A stretch of DNA of 64,000 bases from the NCBI RefSeq assembly GCF_963506605.1, contig NC_083276.1, positions 39,184,001 to 39,248,000 of the forward strand. The letters run 5' to 3'. The notes under the pieces were generated by a model, which saw only the letters and a list, made by a program, of their open reading frames with translations, did no database searches and was not told where the DNA came from. The position numbers and the translations under genes were made by a program. Shown here in pieces: positions 12,953 through 26,458 of the stretch (position 1 is its first letter; each line of letters opens with the position of its first letter). The stretch is from Zootoca vivipara. Taxonomy: Eukaryota.

Positions 12953-13672
12953 GGGTCTCAATATATTAAATAAACATTACCTCTCTGGAAAGTGACGAAA
13001 GGACAAGCCTGAATATTCTCATTTTCACATCAACTAGGACTTAGCCTTCTGATAGAACTGGGCAAGAGGATAGACTGAATGGGAGATTTGGCATTGATAT
13101 AAATGAGTAAAAGGATTGGGCTCTTTGTAAGGTGTGAAATGCGCAGATTTAAAGATGATGGATCATAATGTTTTTCATGTTTAAAAATGAAGCTGAAATG
13201 TAAAGCTACTTTAACTCAGAAAATCCCTTTAAAAGATGCAGGGAGATCAGATGCGCACATGGAGTTGCCATGTTAATTTCAACGGAGAGGCATGCTCCAT
13301 TTGCAAAGGTGGAACTTAATTTCATGTTTCATCTCCTAGGGAGAGTCAGATAGCTATGTTTATGCAGTTGGTGATTTTGATGAATCTGCCAAAGTTTTGA
13401 AAAAGGAAAAAAGAAAGAAAGAAAAAACAGCAATCACATTCTTTAATGACTCTAAACAGGTTGGCTGGTCTTTCATTTTATAGCGTTTAGTGAATGCTAG
13501 GAAGCCAAACGTAGCCTTAAAACTTTCATTTGAACAAAAAAAGGGAAATTATCATCAACTTATAAAGGTTGGTTATTCTAAAGTCCCATAAGGATATCAT
13601 TAGCACACTCACTTGGTGAGGGTGGAGCAGGTGGAAGGGCTCTCCTCTGCTCATTAGGCCCTACTGCATTTG

Positions 13673-13810
13673 TATACCTTCCAACATTTCTCCAATGAAA
13701 ATAGGGACGTCCTAAGGAGAAGCAGGATATTCTGAGATCAAATCAGAAACTGGGACGGCTTCTGTAAATCTGGGACTGTCCCTGGAAAATAGGGACACTT
13801 GGAGAGTCTG
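13673..13810. mobile_element. hAT-like MITE (CATACCCTCCAA-type termini)
   Basis: Imperfect TIRs (TATACCTTCCAA / TTGGAGAGTCTG) and repeated GGGAC subterminal motifs. Confidence 0.6.
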
Positions 13811-14617
13811 CTTTATCCAACTGACTTCATACTACTCACCATTTTCAGAGGATTGTGCCATTTCAAGGGTAGGGTGAAAACTTCCCTGCTCTGAGACTGG
13901 CTTAATCTTGGGTGGGAGGGAAATCCCAGGATGTTTGAGTGGGATTTAGGTAATCAGAATTCACACTCTCAGCTCTACCTCACTGCAACCTGTTGTGAAG
14001 GTTACAGCAGTGAAATGCAATTTGTAGTGTTATAGCGTGAAACTCAATAAAATTTGGTCTAGAGCCTAACAATAAGGTTTATTATAAACTGCTAAACCGG
14101 TTTAAAATTAAAATAGAGAAGGAAGGCTAGCAAAGACAAATCTGATTTGGATAGGAGAGCCACCTCCGAAACCTAGGAGGCAGGCTCAATAAGTGACAGA
14201 GGTATACTGCTCTCAAGATCACTCATCTTAGAATTGATTAAAAAGATTGGTCTCTCATGCTACTAGTTAGTGCTCAATATCTTTATAAATAGGTAAAGGT
14301 CTGGCACAGAACTGATACAATGGACTCCGCTATACAGCTACAAAGGTCTTAATTGTGTTTTAATTGCAATATACGATGTGACACAATATGGCGATGGTGA
14401 GCCTTATGGAAAATTCAATGCATTTTTAAAAACGCTTTTTTTAAAAAAGGATTTTCAGTATGGTTTTTATATGTGTGTTGATTCCACCAATATTGCTATA
14501 GTATTTCCAGCTTATGGCACGATGAGGCAATGGCACATATAATTCCCTGTATAAATATGAGTAAATAAATAGATATGGCCATCAACGTTCAGAAATGCTT
14601 GCTTCTGACTTTTACCT

Positions 14618-14722
14618 AAGAACATAAGAATCTAATATTAGCCTGCTGGATCAGATCAATGGCCCATTTAGACCAGCATCCATTTCTCAACATAGTGACC
14701 AACCAGATGACTGTGGGAAGCC
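14618..14722 (-). mobile_element. CR1-type 3' end fragment
   Basis: Reverse complement of a CR1 tail (…TGGTCTAAATGGGCCATTGATCTGATCCAGCAGG…TTCTTATGTTCTT). Confidence 0.6.
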
Positions 14723-14814
14723 TCTTGATCAGTAAACTCCCTGCCTATAGGATGTGGCATGGCTCGAACAGCTTCGGCGGACGATGTCAGTGAACAGGTA
14801 GCTCAATATGGAAG

Positions 14815-15310
14815 CAGGTATTTGCTTAGCCCCAAGACATTTGGGGCTTTATAAGTAAGAAGGAAAACCTGCACAGCCAGTGCAGTGTTTTTAAGAACGT
14901 GGGCATGGTATGATGTCCAACTCAGCAAATTTGCTGCTACGTTCTACAATACAGTCAAACCTCGGTTCTCGAATGCCTCCGTTTTGGAACATTTCAGCTC
15001 CCAAATGCCAAAGACCTGGAAGTAACTGCTCTGGTTTTCAAACAATTTTTGGAAGCCAAATGTGCTACGCGGCTTCCGTTTTGAGTTTCCCTATTGTATT
15101 GAGGCTTCTGCTTTCAGTTTTCGGTTGTTGAACGTTTCAGAAGTCGAATGGTCTTCTGGAATGGATTACGTTCGACAACCGAGGTTTGGCTGTAGCTGCA
15201 ACTTCTGGACCAGCCTCAAGGGCAGCCTCACACAGAATGCATTAGACATAGAATGTCCAGTCTTAAGGTGACGGGTGCATGAATCACAGTGGCAAAGCTA
15301 TTGCTGTCCA
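14815..15310 (-). mobile_element. Old L2 fragment interrupted by a Tigger-like MITE
   Basis: LPLRLVQKLQL-type coding remnant on both sides of the insertion. Confidence 0.55.
14952..15192. mobile_element. Tc1/mariner (Tigger/pogo-like) MITE
   Basis: TIRs CAGTCAAACCTCGGTT / AACCGAGGTTTGGCTG; TA TSD. Confidence 0.85.
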
Positions 15311-17671
15311 GGATTGGTCTTGCTGGCCTTTTGGTCTGCTGGCCTTTTGTCTATATACAGAAGGGTCTGTTTTATTAAAAGTTTATGTTTTGTTTTGTTT
15401 TAACCAGCGGGGATAATAATAGCAAGGGCAATATCTTCTGCTCATGGAGAATTTAATGTTGCCCCATCTTCCATTTCCCATGCCTCTCATTTAGAAATAG
15501 TTACAAAGGTTTACATTGACTCTACCACCTAAGGTGACATGTGGAGGGGGAAAAAATCACCCCCAGCTGATGAGGAGATGATAGCAAGTCCCACTTTCTC
15601 AAATGCCATGTTGTTGCTTAAGCTCCAGTGACAGTGACTGAAACTGGTGGATTGCCTTCTGGGAATATCTTTCGCTGGACAACATGACAAGTTGAATTAC
15701 AGCTGTATAACAAATTCTACATAGTACAACAGCATTTAGAAAATTGTTTTTGTCAGCTAAAAGTTATTGATTGAAGTAAAACTGTATTTAAAGGCTGCAG
15801 TGAGAAGAAGTAAAATGAGCACATAGGAGGGAACTTCTCGAGCAGGCATAACATTGCTTGCTATTTTTGCTGCAGCAATTACTGCTGAAGAAGCAAGCCA
15901 TTTCAAAGACTCCATGGCGGTCTGCCTCTTCAGTGCTTAAAACAGCTGCAGAGAGGGGTGGGGTGGGAATGGCAGTTCCAGCTAATGTGGCTGGCTCACT
16001 CTTGCTGTGTGCTTAATAAAAAACGAAAAGCACCTATTTGGACTGCACCATGGCAAAAAAAAAAGAAGAAGAAGAAGCAAGGAAGGCTTAGGAATTGGGA
16101 TCATACAGAAAAATATCAGCTTAAATTCCATAACAAGAAACTTTAAAGTTGATGAACTTTTCCTTGAAAATTCCAGGTAGTAATATCAGAGTACTTGAAG
16201 AAAAACTGGACAAAAAGCTTGCACTGAAGTCTCTCAATAAGCCAAAATAGTGTCAGCTGAGTGTGCCCTGCTAATTTAGAAGATTGCTAATCAATTTAAA
16301 GCTAACACAGAAATCAGGTTTTATGAAGAGGGCCAGCTGATACCGTTAAAGCAAAATAGTGTATTTTAGAGTCCTACTAACAGTAGTAAATGTCAGTCTG
16401 TTGCAGAGATACAATATCTTTTTCAAACACCCAGGGCAGTACTCACATGAAAACCCAGCACAAACGCAAAACGAAGACATGTTCCTTAAGCACAGCCAAG
16501 GGATTGTATTAAACACCATAAATAATGCAGGCACGAGAGGTTTAAAGCTACTGAGCAACTGCTTGACAAGAAAGGCATGGTAGGACTTCAGATTTACTAG
16601 CACCTTTTAATTTGTAATGTGAAGATCAACAAAAAGGGGGAGAATATATAAGGCAAGCACTGGTGTTGATGGCTGAGCAGGAAATGATGCAAATACCTCT
16701 TCAAGGGAGAAAAGCTACAATCCTTAGGACACCAACACTGAAATTCTATGCATGCCTACCCAGACGTAAGCCATGTTGAGTTATATTGAGCTTATTCCCA
16801 AGAAAGTGGATAGGATTTCAGCCTTAATAGGAAAGCTGAACACAAGAAGACACATTTCTGGGTAAAGATATTTCAGATTAGGGTGAAGATACGTTTAAAT
16901 CCAAATACGGCACGAGCTTTTAGCAGCTGTGAAAATTCAGTCCTTGAAAGACTTTCCCCCTATTTATATTTAGCTATTTTTCATTAATTGCATGTCAAGG
17001 TCAAAAATCTCCATTGAGGTTGGGAAAAGGCAAGGAAATGTAAAAATTACAAAACCTTTGCCCCCAGTGATGTTTAATATGTGCAATATGAGAGAATAAA
17101 CAGGACAAGAGGTCTGTGTTGCTGGTACTACAAAGCACTAATTTATTGATAGGCACCATTTTTAGATTCACAAACTGTTACATGAAACCATTATTTATAC
17201 AAAGGCAAACAAACCTTCCCCTCTTCCCAGTGTTAATTGCATGGTAATAGTTATCTCAGTTAAGTATGGCTAAACTATTTTTTTTTGTATTTTTATTTTT
17301 CTCCTGATGTTAGGGGGAAATCTCTTAATTTTGAAGAGGTGCTAAAGAAAGGAGAGTGAGGAACAGGATGTTTATATTACTCTTTTTACAATGAGAATGA
17401 CATTGCATTGCCCTGCCTTCATATAGCTGCATATGCGCAGGTCCTGTTTGTCGATGCTCTCAATGTGTGGGCATTTCAGGGAATGGGCCACAGATATCAG
17501 GAGCGGGGATGCCTCTGCTCTCACCTTCACATGTTGAGGAGACACATGGAGGGTGAGCTTCCAGTTTTGCCTTTTGGAAAGACGTTGGGAGAATGCCGCT
17601 TTAAAATGTGGCAAGTGGGCGTGGTGACCAAAGAGAGTTCTTCGGGTTTTAGACCTTTCTAAATGTGAAAT

Positions 17672-18021
17672 AGGGACCCAGGTGGCGCTGTGGGCTAAAC
17701 CACTGAGCCTAGGGCTTGCTGATCAGAAGGTCGGCGGTTCAAATCCCTGCGACGGGGTGAGCTCCCGTTGCTCGGTCCCAGCTCCTGCCAACCTAGCAGT
17801 TCGAAAGCACATCAAAATGCAAGTAGATAAATAGGAACCGCTATAGCAGGAAGGTAAACGGTGTTTCCATGTGCTGCTCTGGTTTGCCAGAAGAGGCTTT
17901 GTCATGCTTGCCACATGACCTGGAAGCTATACGCCGGCTCCCTCGGCCAATAATGCGAGATGAGCGCGCAACCCCAGAGTCGGTCACGACTGGACCTAAT
18001 GGTCAGGGGTCCCTTTACCTT
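17672..18021 (+). mobile_element. Full-length Sauria SINE, young subfamily
   Basis: tRNA-like head with A/B boxes, ACCTTT tail, 12-bp TSD TAAATGTGAAAT. Confidence 0.96.
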
Positions 18022-18435
18022 TAAATGTGAAATGTCTGGGTAATCTGAGAAGTATGGCCTGACAAGTAATCTGGAAAATATGAAAGGATAAAGCCTTGTT
18101 ATATACTAGCAGTTACATCATAGGCAAAGATTCTTTTGGGAAAAGGAATCCTGTATTTTGTTGAATTCTTTCAATGCATAGAGTCTTGGGAACAGAGGTA
18201 TAGGTATTTGAAAGGTACACCAATGCCATCTCTTCTGTGAGCTGTCTGTGGTTGTAATGTCTATGACATATCTATTTCTCAGCACAGGCCAGGATTCCAG
18301 AATTCTCTGGCCTAAGCATAGACTATCCCACCCCAAGACGTACAAAGAATTCCAGAAGGAAAAACAGCAGTCTGCGTGTAACTGTGAGCAAAAGAAGTAC
18401 TCTAAAATAAATCTCTTAATATAACAACCATACTA

Positions 18436-18671
18436 CCGTGTTTCTCATATTATAAGACATGTCTTATATTTATTTTTTCCTCAAAAAAAACCCACTATGG
18501 CTTATTTTCAAGGGATGTCTTATTTTTTTCCTCCTCCTCCTGCCACGGTCGGCATTGCTGCTACACCTATCACTATGTCTTATTTTCGGGGTATGGCTTA
18601 TATTCCTTGAATGCTTAAAAATCCTGCTATGGCTTATTTTATGGGTATGTCTTAAAATATGAGAAACAGGG
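18436..18671. mobile_element. Tc1/mariner-type MITE
   Basis: TIRs CCGTGTTTCTCATATT / AATATGAGAAACAGGG; TA TSD; repeated TATG(G/T)CTTA motifs. Confidence 0.85.
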
Positions 18672-19353
18672 TATCAGTCCATGTTCTGAGTTTTAAGAGT
18701 CCCCGACCAAGGTATTCAATGCATGGACTCCTTCACTGTGTAGATCATCTTGTCCTCTACAGACTCTGGGATTTTGATGTGTGTGTGTATGGGGTCTTTC
18801 TGTCTTTCTTTGATGCACCCACAAAAGGTACTAGGCCTCAAGCCTGCATAGAAATCTTACTCCTCAACCTGAAAGCTCGGCTCCCATAAGTGTAGGGGCT
18901 GATTAAATATATTGAGCTGGGGAGGAAATGCACTCTTTATGTGCTCAGAGACACATTATCATTTCATTATATGTCGCAGACATTGAAAATGGACCCCTAA
19001 ATAATCTCAAAGAGTCCAGAACTGAGACGTCCTGAGAAGCTCAAATTAAGCCATGTCCACACTATTCCTTTCCGTGCTTTCTGAAGCCGCTCAGCTATTC
19101 ACGAAGTCTGTTGCTGCATCGTGCGCGGGTGACATCTCTTGCTGCCTATTTTATTTGTTCCTATCAGGAAGAAATGTATTTAGCTGCATATTGTATTGCC
19201 AGGTTTTTCTGTTTTTAACAACATGCTAATATCAGGATATCAGTATAAATACACATGCAATTGTCAGTTAATATTATGGTATGATTTTCACAGTGCCTGA
19301 GGCAACGGATCAGTATTGTCAGAAGGGGGGAAATAATGTGGGGAGAAAATAAT

Positions 19354-19355
<2 letters not shown>

Positions 19356-19412
<57 letters not shown>
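19356..19412. repeat. (GA)n microsatellite
   Basis: Direct observation. Confidence 0.97.
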
Positions 19413-19416
<4 letters not shown>

Positions 19417-20104
19417 CATTTCCGCATGCATTCACCAAGAGCCCCATGACTTAGAACAGGCTCATTATCAACACGTGGTTCTGTACAATTCAATATGAAT
19501 AATCTACACGCTGTATATCTGTGCAGCACCATATGTTGTGCATATGTAGTTGTGAAGAAACTGTGCGACGCCAAAGGGGACTTGCATTTTAAAGCAAACA
19601 AATTAACATTCTGAGTGCTACTAGAGATAGAAGGAATACAGCGTGTCTCAGATTGTGCAAATCGTGTTGTATAGTACGGATCAACCAAGAGACTGCATGG
19701 GCCATTGCAGAGGACTGAGCAAGCTGGGCCACTTCCAATGTTTGAGGCCGCAAGCCAACACGTAACAGTTCTCTGCTTTACAACATGCACTTGATGATTC
19801 AGCAACCAGTCAGTAGTAGTGGTTTGTTTACATAGTTGGCTCCTCTGAAAGGACATTTGCATCACGGTCTAACCTTGTGCCATCAGAACAAGTATTTTTA
19901 ACTTAATGTTTATGAACATCTTTAACTTGTAATATAACCAAAATCTATACCAGTTTTTTTTTAAGTCTTTTACCAAATCACATCCCTTATTTGTTTAAAT
20001 TTGCAACCCTAAGCTAAGTGTCAAATTTTGATCTGATCCACATAATAATAAGTTGCTAGACATATAAAGTGCCTCCCCCGTGTCTAAATTTGAAGTCCCA
20101 CAAA

Positions 20105-20353
20105 AGCCAGTGTGGTGTAGTGGTTAAGAGTGGTAGACTCGTAATCTGGGGGACTGGGTTCGCTTCCCCGCTCCTCCACATGCAGCTGCTGGGTGACCTT
20201 GGGCTAGTCACACTTCTCTGAAGTCTCTCAGCCTCACTCACCTCACAGAGTGTTTGTTGTGGGAGAGGAAGGGAAAGGAGAATGTTAGCCGCTTTGAGAC
20301 TCCTTCGGGTAGTGATAAAGCGGGATATCAAATCCAAACTCTTCTTCTTCTTC
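20105..20353 (+). mobile_element. Squam3-like CORE SINE, full length
   Basis: tRNA head TGGTGTAGTGG, CORE motif GTGACCTTGGGCTAGTCAC, (CTT)n tail. Confidence 0.88.
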
Positions 20354-22209
20354 TGCATGGGTCCGCCACTACACAGCCTGTGACTCACTGCAAAATTCCT
20401 CTACGGTCTGTTACAGGCTGAAGCCACATACCATACATTAAGCATGAATAGACTTCAAGTGGCAATGGCTCCCTGCTCCTGGGAAACATAGCTTCTTAAG
20501 AGTGCTGAGACTGGTTAGGAGACCCTTATTTTCCTTGCAGAGCTACAGTTTTCAGAATGGTTTAACAATCAATCTCTGGGAATTGTAGCTCTATGAGGAG
20601 CCTAGGACAGGACTTGCAAGCAGACTCGGCAGAATGTGCAATAGAACCCTGGAACGCAACAGTGATAGCTCACTACAAAATGAAGAAATCCATGTTACCC
20701 TCTGAAGAGGCCCTCCCTGTAAGACCATTAACTCCAGAGTCTAAAATCACCTAACTGTACTACTGGACCTGTTACTTTGGTGTGTGTTTCCTTTTTCTAT
20801 TTACATTTTATTCTTTTTCAAACTGCTCTGGACATATGACTGAAACAGCAGTACACACAAACACACACACACACAAATAAATGTGCCCTTGAACTTTTCT
20901 GCACATAAGTGAGTCAGGACCATATGATTTGCTGCATCTTTCCAGTGGGTGCTTCACTGCAGCAAATTTACATGCATGAAGGATCAGCATCAAACACGAT
21001 GATCTGCATTGGTGAATGATGCAGATTCCTACGCAGAAGTGACTTGAGTGTTGGAATGTTGTCATGTGTGAAGCTACCCTTACAAAGGCAACTGACTCTT
21101 GTAAGCATGCTCTGTTGTGAAAAGAATTACCTGGCTGTCAGTCATGTTACTTTAAAATACCTAGGTTGCAAAAGCCATATGTGTCGTTATAGATATAGCG
21201 GTACTAGCAACATCCTCTTTTGTTAAACAAGGAGGCAATAAGACTAATTAACACTCACTAGGGAACCTGAAATAATGATCCCTCTCTCTTTGGAGAGCCA
21301 ATTACCCCAAATATTCACATTAGCTACTTAGTGCTTCTTTGAAAGAAATGTCTTGATTTCTTCTTTTCTTTTTAATTTAAAGCATTATATAACATGTACC
21401 ATCGCATTATAAAATGTTATGTCACATCCTGACAGGATACAGCTAAGGGTATGCTGAATACACTGGGAGCTAAAAAATCTGTTGAAATTAATAAGGAACC
21501 TAACTTTGCCTGGCAAGGAATGCTTGGGTGATATCTCTCCAGCGCTTTTGTCATGGAGGAGAAAACACAAGGACTTCTCTTTTCTGTGGGGAAAACAGAT
21601 TGACAAAACAACCAGCACTTATTTACTTATTCATCCAAGTATGCAATGCGTAATTTAATGACCTTTGAGGGACTTTCACCTAAAAGAACTTACCTAGTTC
21701 CTCAAAATGGATCTCTTTAATTGTTTACTATCATTTTAGACATTGCAGAGAGAGAGAGAGAAAAAAAAAGTGTGCCTTCCTTCCTTCCTTCCTTCCCCTT
21801 CCTTCCTTCCTTCCTTTCTCTTTCTCTTTCTCTTTCTCTTTTTTGGGAGCAGGAAGCAACACCTCACAACTGAACATGTTTGCTCACACCTTGCATAACA
21901 ATTACTCAAATATGTATTGATGACTGACAGACTGAATGAATGAATAAATAAAATTATGTAATTCTCATTAAGCTCTTCATGCAATCAAATGACAGTAATT
22001 TTGTGCTGTACAATATTGGTTGCTAGCCAATTTTTGATTGAGGCCATTGTTAAGGTGCTGTTTATAAAGAAACATGGCAAAAACATGAGCTTCCCTCTCT
22101 TTTTTGCACTTAGCATCTTAACAACAATCAAAACCTAGGACAATTATTAAGGTTAATTTGAGTCATGAATGGTTTCTTTTGTCATACATTAGAGAGTGAT
22201 TGTCAGTTA

Positions 22210-22330
22210 CTGTATTTTTTGCCCCATAAGACGCACTTTTTTCCTTCTAAAAAGTAAGGGGAAATGTCTGTGCGTCTTATGGAGCGAGTGCACTGGACGG
22301 CAGCAGGATCCCTTGGCTGCCACTGCAGTC
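22210..22330. mobile_element. Tc1/mariner-type element, one terminus only
   Basis: TA + CTGTATTTTTTGCCCCATAAGACGCAC, with internal inverted TGCGTCTTATGG. Confidence 0.55.
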
Positions 22331-22387
22331 GCGTGCGGGGGGATGCCTCCACCCCCGGAGCCATGGCTCCCATCACGTCGCCTATGG

Positions 22388-22799
22388 CAGTGGTTTTCAA
22401 CCTTTTTGAGTCCACGGCTCCCCACTTACCCTGGGGTACATTCTTTTTGCGGCTCCCCACTTACCCTGGGGTTTCGTTACAGGACGCACGCAAGTGGGGA
22501 TTCCCGTTCTAAGTGCACCAGAAATGGAGAAGGGGAGGAGAGACTAGGAATCTGGGATGTGACTGGGAGGCAGCAAGGAGGAGGAGGACCCAAGGAAGGG
22601 TGGCCGCCAGTGAGAGAGAGAAGCAGGAAGATAATGGGCTGCAAGTTAAAACTGCTGGCTCCCCTGAATGTTCCTCAGAGAGAAAGAACATGCAGAAAGA
22701 TATAGGCTGCAGGTTAATGAAATGACAGCCCCTCAGGGTCCCCTGAATGTTCCTCAAGTCTCCTCAGGGTGCACTCTGTGCACTGGTTAACAACCAATG
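22388..22799. mobile_element. hAT non-autonomous element
   Basis: TIRs CAGTGGTTTTCAACC / GGTTAACAACCAATG; perfect 8-bp TSD GCCTATGG. Confidence 0.88.
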
Positions 22800-22835
22800 G
22801 CCTATGGCATAAGTTAAGTTCCAGATCAGAGGGGC

Positions 22836-23225
22836 CATAGGAAGCTTCTTATGCAGAGTCGGGCCAGTGGTCCATTCACTCAGTGTTGTCTACACAGACT
22901 GGCAGCAGCTCTCATGGTTTCAAACAGGGAACATTCTCAGTGCAACCTGGAGGTGCTTGGGGGCAGGGGCGAACTTTGGTAATATGGTGCCTTGAATGAG
23001 GACAAAATTTGGCACCCCGCCTAAATATATGTTTGCATGTCATCCTCCCTCTTGCCTTCCCTTCTGCACGTGCTCTATAGTGCACCACATCATAGTTGTG
23101 GCATATTTTGCACTCCTTTGGCTCAGCACCCGGGGGGGGGGGGGAACTGCCCACATCACCCTAAATCCAACTCTGCTGGGGGATTGAACCAGGCACCTTC
23201 CGAATGCAAAGCAGATGCTCTACCA
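22836..23225 (-). mobile_element. tRNA-derived CR1-tailed SINE with internal insertion
   Basis: Tail at 22836-22950 and head at ~23175-23225 match the family at 45933. Confidence 0.6.
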
Positions 23226-25501
23226 GATGCCCTGGCCCAGAAGCAGTTCTACAAAATGCAGAAAAATTGCTTAGTTCTTTGGCCTCAGAGCCCTATGAAT
23301 CAATTTAAGTGAGGAATCAGGGGGCAGTGTTACACTGACTGTGACATGGCATAAATAGGACAGATCCATATGATTATGGGGGTCGTGCCTTCCCTGCCAA
23401 TTTCTTGTTCCTCCACAGGGAGACTTGCTCCATGTCTTGAGAACCTTGGGTCTAGCCCTATTGAATTTAAGGTGGATAATATTGCTTTCTGCTTTGCCAC
23501 AGGTCCACCAGTAAAAACACTCACCACGGTCTCCATTTTTCCTTTGCTCATGCAGTTTCCGTGCATATGGGTGACTTTTTCCAGCGTTGAGATCTTGAGT
23601 TATTCATAGGAAATGTGGCATCACTGTTTTCCATGTGCAGGTTTACCTGGAAACCTACCGTATTTCGTTTGAATTTTACAGCCTAAGAAGACATTTTCAG
23701 GCTATGGTAGCTATTGGTAGCCCATTTGTTGTTCTCTTGCTATTTTATTTATCCATTTTATCTGTATAATATTGAATTGTTTTTATTCTGAGGGCCCTGT
23801 TTTGCTGCTTACTCTTTATCAACATGCCGCCATTCCCGCAGCTGCTGATTTCCTACAGCAAAATGCTTGAATCACATGATTTGTAGACAGATTTATCTAT
23901 TTGTATTAGAAGTCACATTGGATTTGATGCAAGAGGTGCGCACCTCCTTAAATTACTCCCAACTGAAATCAACAGTGGTGTAAGTCAAAGGGGAGCATGG
24001 AGGGGGAGAAGGATGTCTCCAGACATTTTTCAGAATCAGAGCAATGGCATCATCTGTCAGAATGGTACTTGTTTGCAGTCATTTGCATCAGGTCCAGTTT
24101 ATAATACCGTAATTCAATTGTTCCGAGTACGCAAAGAACAACTGAACTGACTCGTTCCTTCCCTAAAAGGACGGCAAGCCACCCATCAAACAATCTGCGC
24201 ACTTCAAACTGAAGCGGTGTGATAGTGCTGCAAAACGATAGGAACAAATAGCCACAGACTACACACGCACACACACACAACACATACAAGGTAGAATTCT
24301 ACCATTGTAACTCCTATATTTGCAGTTCAGAATGAACTATCTTTACTCGGAATTAAGTCCCTGACAAACATGTTTACTCCAGCAGCTTTGGTCTGATTCT
24401 TGGGATGTGCTTTTTTAGTGGCATGGCTAGGGTGGGCTGTCATGACAAGCCCCTGCATTTCAAACTTCGCCACTAAATCACTGGGAATCAATGATATGTT
24501 GACCTGGCTGCAAGTATTGTTAATAGTGATCCGGTAAAATGGTTTAGATGGGCATTATCTTAAAAGGCTACTGGCTACGATACGAGTATATAAAGTGGCA
24601 CAGGAAGGTATCCTGAAGAAAAAGAAGTGAAGCTGAAAATATGAATGGCCTGCAAAAAATAGCTGCTTAGTTCCAGGCTTTAAGGTGACACTTCGGGATG
24701 ATTTTTCTTTCAAATTTTCATCTCTCTGCAGCTGAGAAAAACTGACGGAGATTGACAGACAGAGGAAGTGGCACTAGGATGACATGAAGCTGTCAAGGGG
24801 GGAAATATCAGCTTCAAACAAAAGAGAATGGGCAAATATTAGGAATGTTCAACTTATGGATGGTGCTTCCAGCCTCTAATGAAAGAGCCACGAGGCTTTT
24901 TCCTCTCCACTACTGCTGGTAATAAAGAATACATCTGCAATGAGAGGGACTATATATTTCCAGCCAGCCATGGGCAACATAGCATTTGTATAAGTGATGT
25001 GCATTTCTTGGTCTTTTGCTGTGCCTTTCACCAACCTTTTTCATGTGGAGAAGCATTTAAACATGTGATCCTTCACCTGCAATTTGAATTTGGAACGGTA
25101 GAGTCCGGCAAGAGCCGCACTGTGTGGTTCTGCTGATTGCACAGCTTGGTTGCAAACCCTGTTTCTCAAACTTCACTTTTCCAGCATCTTTTTAAAAAAG
25201 AATTTTTAAAAACTTACCATGAATTATCACATGAATAACTGGTTGTGAGTACATGTGGATGAAGTCATACAGTGTGTGTGTGTGTGTGTGTGTAGAATCA
25301 CATCCTGGGCAGATCCTTACAAGCAGAATATACTGAATGGATGGAGGCCATCATCTCCACAAGGCTTATGAGCTGGTCATCAGGGATTTCAAACTACACA
25401 GGCAAAAGGTGTGGTTTTTTTTTTAACCTGATATCATTGTGAGAGCCTTGCCCACCTGTCAAACCTGATCTGCAAGGAGTAGGGAAGATAAGTATCTATC
25501 C

Positions 25502-25741
25502 CAGGGGTTCCCAAATTAAGGCCCGGGGGCCGGATGCGGCCCAGTCACCTTCTAAATCCGGCCTGTGGACAGTCCGGGAACCAGCATGTTTTTACATGAG
25601 TAGAATGTGTCCTTTTATTTAAAATGCATCTCTGGGTTATTTGTGGGGCATAGGAATTCGTTCATTATTATTATTTTTCAAAATATAGTCTGGCAATCCA
25701 CAAGGTCTGAGGGACCTGCGGAAAAAGTTTGCTGAAAACTG
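25502..25741. mobile_element. hAT (Charlie-like) non-autonomous element
   Basis: CAGGGG..CAAA terminus; 7/8 TSD ATCTATCC/ATCTATCT; paralog at 11460. Confidence 0.85.
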
Positions 25742-25796
25742 ATCTATCTCTTTGGCCAGATCCCGTTTACCCTCCTGCCATAAGTAGATCATCTTT

Positions 25797-26148
25797 AAAG
25801 GTAAAGGTAAAGGGACCCCTGACCATTAGGTCCAGTCGTGACCGACTCTGGGGTTGCGCGCTCATCTCGCATTATTGGCCAAGGGAGCCGGCGTATAGCT
25901 TCCAGGTCATGTGGCCAGCATGACAAAGCCGCTTCTGGCAAACCAGAGCAGCACATGGAAACGCCGTTTACCTTCCCGCTGTAGCGGTTCCTATTTATCT
26001 ACTTGCATTTTGACGTGCTTTCGAACTGCTAGGTTGGCAAGAGCTGGGACCAAGCAACGGCAGCTCACTCCGTTACAGGGATTCGAACCGCCGACCTTCT
26101 GATCAGCAAGCCCTAGGCTCAGTGGTTTAACCACAGCGCCACCTGGGT
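25797..26148 (-). mobile_element. Sauria SINE, young subfamily
   Basis: Near-identical to the 17672 copy; TCATCTTTA on both flanks. Confidence 0.95.
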
Positions 26149-26246
26149 CATCTTTATGTACACTCAAATATTCTCTTTGCATGATACAGGACACTGCAAT
26201 GAATTTTGTGATTTGTGAGGGAGCCCAAAGTTGATGTGCACTGCCA

Positions 26247-26458
26247 TTATTATGATTATGATTATTATTACTATTATTATTAAAAAATTGTGTACCACCC
26301 TACAACCCAATAATCCCCTCTTCCACAACACATTTTAAAAGGGCATTGGATGTGTATCAGCCAAAGGCCTGATTAAAGATGAAAATTTTTGCCTGGCGCC
26401 TAAAGGTGTATAATGACGTCACGAGTCGAACCTCCCTGGGAAGAGCATTCCAATGGTG
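26247..26458 (-). mobile_element. L2 3' end
   Basis: WNALPREVRL...FRRQAK..IF.QAF motif, 3'UTR and (AAT)n tail. Confidence 0.8.

Noticed and set aside
19215-19865. 216-aa minus-strand ORF
   Set aside because: Runs through a (TC)n microsatellite, has a non-ATG start and shows no protein-like features
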